NCBI RefSeq assembly: GCF_000284115.1
Contig: NC_017080.1
Coordinates: forward strand, 480,001 to 512,000
DNA from: Phycisphaera mikurensis NBRC 102666
GTDB taxonomy: Bacteria > Planctomycetota > Phycisphaerae > Phycisphaerales > Phycisphaeraceae
Direction: 5' to 3'
DNA length: 32,000 bases
The notes under the pieces are model-generated. The model was not told where the DNA came from, did not search any database, and was given only the letters and a program-made list of their open reading frames with translations. The position numbers and the translations under genes were made by a program. This document shows, piece by piece, positions 17,653 to 25,672 of this stretch; position 1 is the stretch's first letter; each line of letters starts with the position of its first letter.

Positions 17653-18588
17653 TCAGGCCTCCGCGTGGGCGGGCTCGCCCGAGGCGGTCAGCTTGCTCTG
17701 GTTCTCGCCGCGGGCGGCGAACTCGTCGGTCAGCTGGAAGCCGATCGTCGCGAGCAGCACGCCGTAGATCGCCTTGGAGGTGATGTCCGCGAGGGTGAAC
17801 AGGAACTGGCGGGTCACCACGCTCACCGGGCTCCACCAGAATAGCGGCTGCACCAGCGTGAAGGCGTAGACGGTCCAGGAGATCAGGAAGATCGTGCGGA
17901 TCGTCCGCAGCAGCTTGGCGCTGCGCTCGGGCAGCACCTCCAGACCGGCGTTGATCACCTGCCACACGACGACGAGGATCCACACGTAGGCGACCCACCC
18001 GATGAGGTAGTTCACCCAGAACCAGAAGGTGCCGCGGCCGGCGACGTGCTGGCCCTGCTCCCAGAAGCTGCCCAGCCACGAGCAGAAGACCATCACCAGG
18101 CCCGCGACCACGAACTGGGCGCCCCACTTGGTGATGTTGCTCCGCGCGGCGCCCGCCAGCGGCAGCAGCACCAGCATCGACAGCAGCAGGTTCGGCACGT
18201 CGATCATCCAGTTCATGTACCGGAAGCCGTTGGAGAACAGCCGGCCCTCGATGCGCTCGTACATGCCGGTCGCTTCGTTGAAGACGAAGGCGTTCTCCCA
18301 GACCGAGGACTGGTGGTAGAGGATCAGACCCGCCGAGATCGTGACGACGCAGGAGATCACCGACGAGAGCTGGAAGCGGTCGTGGCTTTTGCGGAGCGTC
18401 AGGATGAAGAAGACGAGCGCGGCCGCGAAGACGCCGTAGCCCAGCGTGAACACGTGCAGCACCGACTGGTACTGCATGGGCGTGTAGGCGAACCAGTTCG
18501 CCATGTGGTGCAGGTTCACGGCGGACTCGCCGTCGGCCAGGGGCGCAGCCGACAGGGCTTGCGCGAGCAGCGGGGAAGATGAGAGCAT
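17653..18588 (-). CDS. Microbial rhodopsin of the sodium-pump (NDQ/KR2-like) lineage, variant N-D-S motif
   Basis: Helix C RYMNWMIDVPNLLLS (R123, N126, D130, S137); helix G TRQFLFTLADITSKAIYGVLL with retinal Schiff-base K272 and D268; helix A LHVFTLGYGVFAAALVFFILT. Confidence 0.96.
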   Translation of the reverse strand: MLSSSPLLAQALSAAPLADGESAVNLHHMANWFAYTPMQYQSVLHVFTLGYGVFAAALVFFILTLRKSHDRFQLSSVISCVVTISAGLILYHQSSVWENAFVFNEATGMYERIEGRLFSNGFRYMNWMIDVPNLLLSMLVLLPLAGAARSNITKWGAQFVVAGLVMVFCSWLGSFWEQGQHVAGRGTFWFWVNYLIGWVAYVWILVVVWQVINAGLEVLPERSAKLLRTIRTIFLISWTVYAFTLVQPLFWWSPVSVVTRQFLFTLADITSKAIYGVLLATIGFQLTDEFAARGENQSKLTASGEPAHAEA

Positions 18589-18675
18589 GAGCGTTTTCCG
18601 GAGCGTCTTCGTGCTTCACCGCGGGCCGCCTCTCTCCGCGAGGCGCCGGGCGATGGTCGACGCTAGCCGGCAGCA

Positions 18676-20130
18676 TCAGCCGGATTGCGCGACCGCCCGA
18701 TCTTTCGCTCCGCCCCGCAGCGGCGCCGCCAGCAACGCGAGCACGCCGACCACCTCCAGCCGGCCCACCCACATGAGCGCGACGAGCACGACCCGGCAGG
18801 CCGCCGGCGCCTCGGCGTCGGTGAAGCCCGAGCTCAGGCCGACGGTGCCCAGCGCCGACGCCGCCTCGAAGGCGGCATCGACCCAGGTCACACCCGCGGG
18901 GGAGGCGAAGCCCAGCGCCAGCGTGCCCAACGCGAACGCCGCCGCGTAGAGCCCGGCGAGCCGCCGGGTGGCGGCGACGGGCTCGGCCAGGCGGTGGCCG
19001 GCGTCCGGCTTGCCCGCGGCCGCCCGCACCAGCCGCCGCAGCCGTGCGAGCTTCAGGCCGCCGCCGGTGGAGCCGGCCGAGGCGCCCACCAGCATCGCCA
19101 GCGCGAGCGGGAGCGCCGCGATCGGGAGCAGCCCGCCGCCGCCCTCGCGGACCGTGAAGCCGGCGGTGGCGAGGCCGCTCGCCGCCTCGAAGAAGGCCGG
19201 CCAGGCCGGCACACCTGAGGCCCACACGAGCAGGAACAGCGGCAGCAAGGCCGCCGCGAACCAGCGTGCCTGCGGGTCGATCGCCAGCGCCGCCGGCCGC
19301 CGCCCGAACGTCATCAGCCGCAGGGTCCCGAAGCCGACCGCGCCCGCGAGCATCGTGACGCACGCCACGGCCTGCGCCGCGGTTCCGAAGGCCGCGAGGC
19401 TGTCGGCCGAGGTCGAGAAGCCCCCGGTCGCGGCCGCCGTCTGCGCGTGGTTCGCCGCGTCCCAGGCGCTCATGCCCGCGAGGTAGAGGCCCGCGAAGGA
19501 CAGCAGCGTCAGACCGCCGTAGACGATCCATGTCCGCTCGAGCAGCCGCCGCAGCGAGGGGCCCCGCTTCTCCGCCTCGCCGCTGCCGAGCTCGCCGTCC
19601 GCGGCCTCGTCGTCCCCGTCCTCGGGACCCGCGCGCTCCACGCACGCCAGCGTCAACGCGAAGTAGAGGATGCCCACGCCGCCGATCCACTGCAGCGTGC
19701 TGCGCCACCACTGCAGCGACAGCGGGAGCTCGCGCGGGTCGCCCGCCACGGAGAGGCCGGTGCTGGTCAGCCCGCTGGCCGACTCGAACAGCGCGTTGAG
19801 CGGGCCGAAGGCGCCGCCCGCCGCGAGGAAGGGAGCCGCGCACAGCAGCGAGGCCACCGCCCAAGCCGCCGCGAGCGTCGGCCCCGACGCGTGGTGCGGC
19901 GACCGCTCCCCCCGCCGTCCGTACGCCCAGCCGAGGGCGCCACCCGCCATGGGGACCAGGAGCCCCGCCGCCACCGGCAGCGCCCCCTCGGCCCACGCGA
20001 TCGCGAGCGTCGGCGTCGCCACGAGCGTTAGGGGGCCCAACGCCAGCCCGAGCGTCCGCGTGCACACCCCGGCCCCGGGGGATCCCACGCCTGATGGATT
20101 CAAAGCCGGGTTCCTTTCCGATCGCCGCAC
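18676..20130 (-). CDS. trkH: TrkH/KtrB-family potassium transporter
   Basis: WRSTLQWIGGVGI signature, four pore loops SGLTSTGLS, AAATGGFST, SGLATAGFT, SALGTVGLS, plus GASAGSTGGGLKLAR. Confidence 0.9.
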   Translation of the reverse strand: MRRSERNPALNPSGVGSPGAGVCTRTLGLALGPLTLVATPTLAIAWAEGALPVAAGLLVPMAGGALGWAYGRRGERSPHHASGPTLAAAWAVASLLCAAPFLAAGGAFGPLNALFESASGLTSTGLSVAGDPRELPLSLQWWRSTLQWIGGVGILYFALTLACVERAGPEDGDDEAADGELGSGEAEKRGPSLRRLLERTWIVYGGLTLLSFAGLYLAGMSAWDAANHAQTAAATGGFSTSADSLAAFGTAAQAVACVTMLAGAVGFGTLRLMTFGRRPAALAIDPQARWFAAALLPLFLLVWASGVPAWPAFFEAASGLATAGFTVREGGGGLLPIAALPLALAMLVGASAGSTGGGLKLARLRRLVRAAAGKPDAGHRLAEPVAATRRLAGLYAAAFALGTLALGFASPAGVTWVDAAFEAASALGTVGLSSGFTDAEAPAACRVVLVALMWVGRLEVVGVLALLAAPLRGGAKDRAVAQSG

Positions 20131-20437
20131 CCGTCAGCCGGCGAGGCTTCCGAGCGTACCCCCCGCGGTCCCGCGTCGCCGCGCCCCGCCCCGGCTCAGC
20201 CCCGGCCACCGCACAGCTGCGATGGCTCCGCGTGGAGGAGCGGCGGGTGGACCCGAGAGGAACGGCCGCCTCCGGCCGCGTGGGTCTGCGGCCGCGGCGT
20301 CTGCTCCGCGGCGCGGCCCCGGGTGGCGGTGTGCCGGCGGTGCGGGTTCTGCGGGTCGTGCGAGCGTGGAGCCCGGATCTCGCGGCCGGCGGAGGATCGC
20401 GTTGGCCGGCCTCGAAAGCCGCGACAAGCCTTGTCGG

Positions 20438-21760
20438 ATGCGCCGCCGCCTCCTCGCCTCGCCCCTCCGCCTCGCCGCCGCCGCGCTGCTCGGGGCTGCG
20501 GTCGCTCTGCCGGGCGTCGGCGTCGCCGCGGCCGACACGCTCGTGCTGACCGGCGGGCGCACGCTGCAGGGCAGGGTGCTGCAGGAGGACGAGCGGGGCG
20601 TGGTCTTCGAGAGCTTCCGGCACGGAGCGAGGCTGCGGCAGTCGGTGCCCGCTGCGCAGATCGCCTCGATCGCCCGGACCGCCCGCGAAGGCCTCGCGGT
20701 CGCGGTCATCCCGCTGATCGGCGGCGTCGGGCTGGGGACGGGCACGCCCGACGAGCCCGCCGCGACGGCGGCCGGCCTGGAGCGGGCGCTCCGCGTGGCG
20801 CAGGAGGAGCGGGCGGCCCGCATCGTCCTGGTCGTCGACAGCCCCGGCGGCCGCATCGACGAGATGCAGCGGATGCTCGCGCTGCTCCTGGATCCGGAGC
20901 TTCCGCCGGTGACCGCGTACGCGCGGCGGGCCCTGTCCGCCGCCGCGGTGATCGCGCTCGCCTGCGACGAGCTCGTGGTGGCGCCGGAGGCGGTGGTGGG
21001 GGCGGCCGTGCCCCTGCGACTCGGCCCTGAGGGCACGCCGCAGAACATCGAAGCCAAGTACCGCTCCGGCTACGACGCGCTGCTGCGGCAGGTCGCCCGG
21101 CGCGCCGGGCGCGACCCGGACCTGCTCATGGCGATGGCCGACGAGCGGGTCGTGCTCTACGAAGAGCCGGCGCCCCGCGGGCCGCGGCTGACCGGCCGGC
21201 CGGCCGGCGCGGTCTTCAAGGCCGCCGGCGAGATCCTCACGCTCACCGCCGCCGAGGCGGTGCGCCTGGGCGTCGCCCGGGCCGGCGCGGCGAGCGTGGC
21301 GGCGCTGCCCGCGGCGGTCGGCTGGGAAGCGTGGCACAGCGTCGGCCATCGGGCCTGGGAGGAGGCCGGCCGCGTGAACGCCGCCGAGGCCGACGCCCTG
21401 GAGCGGGCGGCCCGCCGCGCCGCCGCGGAGGTGCTGCGGCAGCGCCTCTCGCCCGCGCTGGCGGAGGCCGAGGCCGCGCTCGCGGAGCGGGAGCGAGCCA
21501 TCGCCGGCCTCCACGCCGAGCGCGAACGCGTCGACGCGTGGGCCCGCGCGCAGCTGGCGGCGCACCCGGCGCCGCCGATGAGCCGCCGCCGCTCGGCGGC
21601 CGCCGAACGCAGCGCGTCGTTGCGCGCGGACATCCGCCTGCAGCACGGAGACGCCGCGGCACGCATCGACGCCGCCTTGGTCGAGCTGACCGCGCAGCGG
21701 GACGCGCTGCGGCAGCAAATCGCCGAGGCCCTCGAAGCGCTCGACGGCCTCCGCGGCTGA
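20438..21760 (+). CDS. ClpP-class (NfeD/SppA-like) serine protease-like exported protein
   Basis: ATG 20438, signal peptide; RIVLVVDSPGGRIDEMQRML...RRALSAAAVIALACDELVVAPEAVVGAAVPL; coiled-coil C-terminus. Confidence 0.75.
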   Translation: MRRRLLASPLRLAAAALLGAAVALPGVGVAAADTLVLTGGRTLQGRVLQEDERGVVFESFRHGARLRQSVPAAQIASIARTAREGLAVAVIPLIGGVGLGTGTPDEPAATAAGLERALRVAQEERAARIVLVVDSPGGRIDEMQRMLALLLDPELPPVTAYARRALSAAAVIALACDELVVAPEAVVGAAVPLRLGPEGTPQNIEAKYRSGYDALLRQVARRAGRDPDLLMAMADERVVLYEEPAPRGPRLTGRPAGAVFKAAGEILTLTAAEAVRLGVARAGAASVAALPAAVGWEAWHSVGHRAWEEAGRVNAAEADALERAARRAAAEVLRQRLSPALAEAEAALAERERAIAGLHAERERVDAWARAQLAAHPAPPMSRRRSAAAERSASLRADIRLQHGDAAARIDAALVELTAQRDALRQQIAEALEALDGLRG

Positions 21761-21806
21761 GCGGCGGCGTCCCCGGGCGGGCGGGCGGGTCCGGTAGATT
21801 GGGCGG

Positions 21807-22145
21807 ATGCCCTCCGCCCCCGCCCCTCCCACCGCCTCGCCCGCCGCCCGCGAGCCCGCGACGCTGCCGCCCCACGTGCTGGTGCTGCACAACGACGAGC
21901 AGAACACGCTGGGATACGTCGTGGACGTGCTGCGGCGCGTGCTGGGGCTCTCCGCCTCCCGGGCTTGGCGGCTGGCCCGGGTGACGCACCGCCGCGGCCG
22001 CTGCGCGGTCTGGGCGGGCCACCGCGAGCTGGCGGAGCTCAAGGCCGTGCAGGTGCGGGCCGCCGGCCCCGATCCCGGGGTCGTCGCGCTCGGCGATCCG
22101 TGCCGGCCGCTGCGGGTGAGCGTCGAGCGCGCCCCGAGCGGGTGA
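21807..22145 (+). CDS. clpS: ATP-dependent Clp protease adaptor ClpS-like protein
   Basis: PHVLVLHNDEQNTLGYVVDVLRRVLGLSASRAWRLARVTHRRGRCAVWAGHRELAELKAVQV. Confidence 0.85.
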   Translation: MPSAPAPPTASPAAREPATLPPHVLVLHNDEQNTLGYVVDVLRRVLGLSASRAWRLARVTHRRGRCAVWAGHRELAELKAVQVRAAGPDPGVVALGDPCRPLRVSVERAPSG

Positions 22146-22227
22146 GACACGCGGCCGTCTCCGCGGGGCGATCCCGGATCGCCCCGGCCGTGCCCCCCCG
22201 CACCGCCGGCCTTCCTCTGGAGCCCCC

Positions 22228-23688
22228 ATGCCGACGAGCCCGACCCTGGTGGTGCACGGTTGGAGCGACGTCTCCGGCTCGTTCGGCCGCTTCCGCGAGA
22301 CGCTCGCCGAGCTGGGCGTGTCGCGGCCCGGCCAAGTCTACTTCGCCGATTACGAGTCGCGCGAAGACTTCATGAGCTTCAACGACGCCGCCGACGGGCT
22401 GGAGCGACAGCTCCGCGCTGTCGGCCTCGTCGACGCGGCCGGCGAGGGCCGGCCCTTCAACGTGCTCACCCACTCCACCGGGGCGCTGGTGGTCCGCCAC
22501 TGGATCTGGCGGTACTACCTGCGCGGCGGTGACCGCTCGGCGGCCTGCCCGGTGCGGCGGCTGGTGATGCTCGCGCCGGCGAACTTCGGCTCCCCGCTGG
22601 CCCACCACGGCAAGAGCCTCGCGGGCCGCATCTTCAAGGGGCGGCGTGGCGTCGCGTCCTTCCTGGAGTCGGGCCGGCGCTTCCTGGAGGGGCTGGAGCT
22701 GGGCAGCCCGTACCAGTGGCGGCTCGCCCACCGCGACCTGCTCGGCGGGTCGCGGGTGTACCAGCCCGAGCAGCGCTTCTGCACCGTGCTCTGCGGGACG
22801 CAGGACTACGGCTTCGCGCTGCCCTGGGCGAACAAGGCCGGAACCGACGGCGCCGTGGTGGTGGCGGGAACGCCCATGGACGCGGCGAAGTTCACGCTGG
22901 ACTTCACGCCCGACGCCGCGGGCCAGCCGATCCGCCTACGCCGCGGCCAGGATCCGCGCGGCCTGGCCGTCGGGCTCCTCGGCGGCCTCGACCACACGAC
23001 GATCCACACCGCGCTGCACCGCAGCGGCGGCCGCGACCCGCAGGGGCAGGGGGCATGGGCGAGGGAGGCGCTGCGGCGGGCGCTGACGGTGGACTCGCTC
23101 CCCGCCTTCGCGCGGCTCCGCGAGGAGCTGGCGGCAGTCCCGGTGGCCACCGGCGTGCAGCGGTTCCAGCAGGTCCTCGTCCACGCGGTGGACGACCACG
23201 GCCAGCCGATCCGCGACTTCCACCTGCAGTTCGCCGTGCGTCGCGTGTCGCGGCTGGAGGGTGGCGTCGGCCAGCTCGTCGGCCGCGCTTCCGAACGCCG
23301 GCCCACCCGCGTCGAACGCGAGCACGGCGAGGCGTTGGAGGCGGCCCTCACCCGCGAGTTTCACCGGCACACGGTCTCGCCCAGCCACCGCCGCTTCCTG
23401 GTGGAGCCCGCCGAGATCGGGCGCCTGCTCGACGCCGCCGCCGCCGACCTCGGGCAGCCGGCCGCTCTGTGCATGAAGATGCACGTGCCGCGGATCGATC
23501 GGAGTCTCTACTACGACAACGACGCGATCCGCATGCTGGTGCTCGCGCGGACGGACCAACACCGCAGGACCTCGGTGTTCCACGCGGGCACGACGACGCT
23601 GCTCGAGCTCCGCGTGAACCGCGAGAACCACTACGTGCAGGTGGGCAAGGTGCCGCGGAAGAAGCGGCGTTGGGAGAAGCAGGCGTAG
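22228..23688 (+). CDS. Alpha/beta hydrolase (lipase/PGAP1-like)
   Basis: LVVHGWSDVSGSFGRFRETLAELG...FNVLTHSTGALVVRHWIWRYY...RLVMLAPANFGSPLAHHGKSL. Confidence 0.8.
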   Translation: MPTSPTLVVHGWSDVSGSFGRFRETLAELGVSRPGQVYFADYESREDFMSFNDAADGLERQLRAVGLVDAAGEGRPFNVLTHSTGALVVRHWIWRYYLRGGDRSAACPVRRLVMLAPANFGSPLAHHGKSLAGRIFKGRRGVASFLESGRRFLEGLELGSPYQWRLAHRDLLGGSRVYQPEQRFCTVLCGTQDYGFALPWANKAGTDGAVVVAGTPMDAAKFTLDFTPDAAGQPIRLRRGQDPRGLAVGLLGGLDHTTIHTALHRSGGRDPQGQGAWAREALRRALTVDSLPAFARLREELAAVPVATGVQRFQQVLVHAVDDHGQPIRDFHLQFAVRRVSRLEGGVGQLVGRASERRPTRVEREHGEALEAALTREFHRHTVSPSHRRFLVEPAEIGRLLDAAAADLGQPAALCMKMHVPRIDRSLYYDNDAIRMLVLARTDQHRRTSVFHAGTTTLLELRVNRENHYVQVGKVPRKKRRWEKQA

Positions 23689-23759
23689 AAGCGGCAGGAG
23701 AGGCCAGCGGACCCTGAGACACCCGGCGCCGGCGGAAGGAGCGCGGAGCCGCGTCGCGC

Positions 23760-24815
23760 TCAGCCCGCGCCACGCGGAGGCGCCTCCCAGGCCGCCTCGT
23801 AGTACGGGACGATGCACGTGCCCGGCGGGACGAGTTCGTCCATCGCCAAGCGGTCGTCCTCGGTGACTTCCACGCCCGCGGCGCCGAGGTTGTCGTCGAG
23901 CTGCTCCATCGTCCGGGGGCCGATGATCGGCGAGGTGATGCCGGGCTGGTGCATCACCCACGCGAGCGCGAGCTGCGAGGGCGAGCAGCCCTTGGCCTCG
24001 GCCAGCCCGCAGAGCTTCTCGACGGCCGCGGCGGCGCGGGGGTCGGACAGGAGCTTGCGGTTCCGCTCGCCGCCGGCGGGCGTCAGCCGCGCGTCGCCTC
24101 CGGCTCCCGAGCGGTACTTGCCCGTGAGGAAGCCGCCCGCCAGCGGCGACCAGGGGATGACGCCGAGGCCGAACTGCGCGCACGCCGGCAGCAGCTCCCG
24201 CTCGATCCGCCGGTCGAGCAGGTGGTAGGGCGGCTGCTCGGTGACGAAGCGGTTGAGCCCGAGCTTCTCGGAGGTCCACAGCGACGCGACCAGCTGGTAC
24301 GCCGCGAAGGTGGAGCAGCCGACCGAGCGGACCTTGCCCTGGCGGACGAGGTCGTCGAGGGCGCCGAGCGTCTCGTCGATGGCGCAGCCGGGGTGCGGCC
24401 GGTGGATCTGGTACAGGTCGATCCGGTCGGTGCGGAGCCGCCGCAGCGACGCCTCGCAGGAGTCGATGATCATCCGCCGGGAGTTGCCCCAGCGGTTGGG
24501 GTTGAGCTTCTTGCGGAGCGTGGTCGCCGCGTCGTCACCATCGGCCGGCTTGAAGAGGTTCCCGTGGCACTTCGTGGCGAGGTAGACGAAGTCGCGGTGG
24601 CCGTTGCGTGCGAGCGCCTCGCCCACGACCTCCTCGCTCGCGCCGTTGCCGTAGACGTTGGCGGTGTCCAGGAAGTTGATGCCGCCCTCCAGCGCCCGAT
24701 CGATGATCGCGCACGACTCCGCGAGTCCGGTCCGCCCCCCGAAGTTCATGCAGCCGAGAGTCAGCGGAGAAACGCGGACGCCGGTGCGGCCGAGATCGCG
24801 GTAGAGGTCGAACAT
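23760..24815 (-). CDS. Aldo/keto reductase
   Basis: ATG at 24815; YRDLGRTGVRVSPLTLGCMNFGG...INFLDTANVYGNGASEEVVGEAL...IDLYQIHRPHP...PWSPLAGGFLTGKY...PIIGPRTMEQLDDNL. Confidence 0.95.
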   Translation of the reverse strand: MFDLYRDLGRTGVRVSPLTLGCMNFGGRTGLAESCAIIDRALEGGINFLDTANVYGNGASEEVVGEALARNGHRDFVYLATKCHGNLFKPADGDDAATTLRKKLNPNRWGNSRRMIIDSCEASLRRLRTDRIDLYQIHRPHPGCAIDETLGALDDLVRQGKVRSVGCSTFAAYQLVASLWTSEKLGLNRFVTEQPPYHLLDRRIERELLPACAQFGLGVIPWSPLAGGFLTGKYRSGAGGDARLTPAGGERNRKLLSDPRAAAAVEKLCGLAEAKGCSPSQLALAWVMHQPGITSPIIGPRTMEQLDDNLGAAGVEVTEDDRLAMDELVPPGTCIVPYYEAAWEAPPRGAG

Positions 24816-24919
24816 GGTCGAAGATCCGTTGGGAAGAGACAGGGCGGAGCCGGAGCACGGGGAGGAGCGTCCGACGCTAGCGCAGGGCGGCCCGACGCGC
24901 GGCCGCGTCGGTCGGGGTC

Positions 24920-25672
24920 GGCTTCCACATCGACGGAGTCGATGAGGCACCTGTGGGCGGGTGGCTCATCCACTCCGTGGATGTGGGTCTGAGGGGCCCG
25001 GGTCGGCGGGAAGCGGGAAACCCGCCCGGTCGCGGACGCGGGCTGCTTCGGTTGCAATCGGCTTCTACATCGACGGAGTCGATGAGCCACCTGTGGGCGG
25101 GTGGCTCATCCACTCCGTGGATGTGGGTCTGAGGGGCTCGGGGTCGGCGGGAAGCGGGAACTCCGCCCGGTCGCGGACGCGGGCTGCCTCGGTTGCGATC
25201 GGCTTCTACATCGACGGAGTCGATGAGGCACCTGTGGCAGGTGGCTCATCCACTCCGTGGATGTGGCGGCTCAGGGGCTTGGGCGGGCGGGAAGCGGGAA
25301 ACCCGCCCGGTCGCGGACGCGGGCTGCTTCGGTTGCAATCGGCTTCTACATCGACGGAGTCGATGAGCCACCTGTGGGCGGGTGGCTCATCCACTCCGTG
25401 GATGTGGGTCTGAGGGGCTCGGGGTCGGCGGGAAGCGGGAACCCCGCCCGGTCGCGGACGCGGGCTGCCTCGGTTGCGATCGGCTTCTACATCGACGGAG
25501 TCGATGAGCCACCTGTGGGCAGGTGGCTCATCCATTCCGTGGATGTGGCGGCTCAGGGGCTCGGGCGGGCGAGAAGCGGGAAACCCGCCCGGTCGCGGAC
25601 GCGGGCTGCTTCGGTTGCAATCGGCTTCTACATCGACGGAGTCGATGAGCCACCTGTGGGCAACCAGGTGGC
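24920..25672. repeat. Tandem array of about 140/141-bp units (5 full plus 1 partial), each containing nested inverted repeats
   Basis: Unit starts (GGCTTCYACATCGACGGAGTCGATGA...) at 24920, 25060, 25201, 25341, 25482, 25623; spacings 140, 141, 140, 141, 141. Confidence 0.97.

Noticed and set aside
17653-18588. Rhodopsin as an ordinary proteorhodopsin or chloride pump
   Set aside because: Proton pumps would show D-T-E/D-T-D and chloride pumps N-T-Q/T-S-A at the three positions; this has N126, D130, S137 with KR2-like flanking residues NWMIDVP.
24920-25672. Possible CRISPR array
   Set aside because: The whole 140/141-bp period is repeated with no unique spacers, and no cas genes are nearby.
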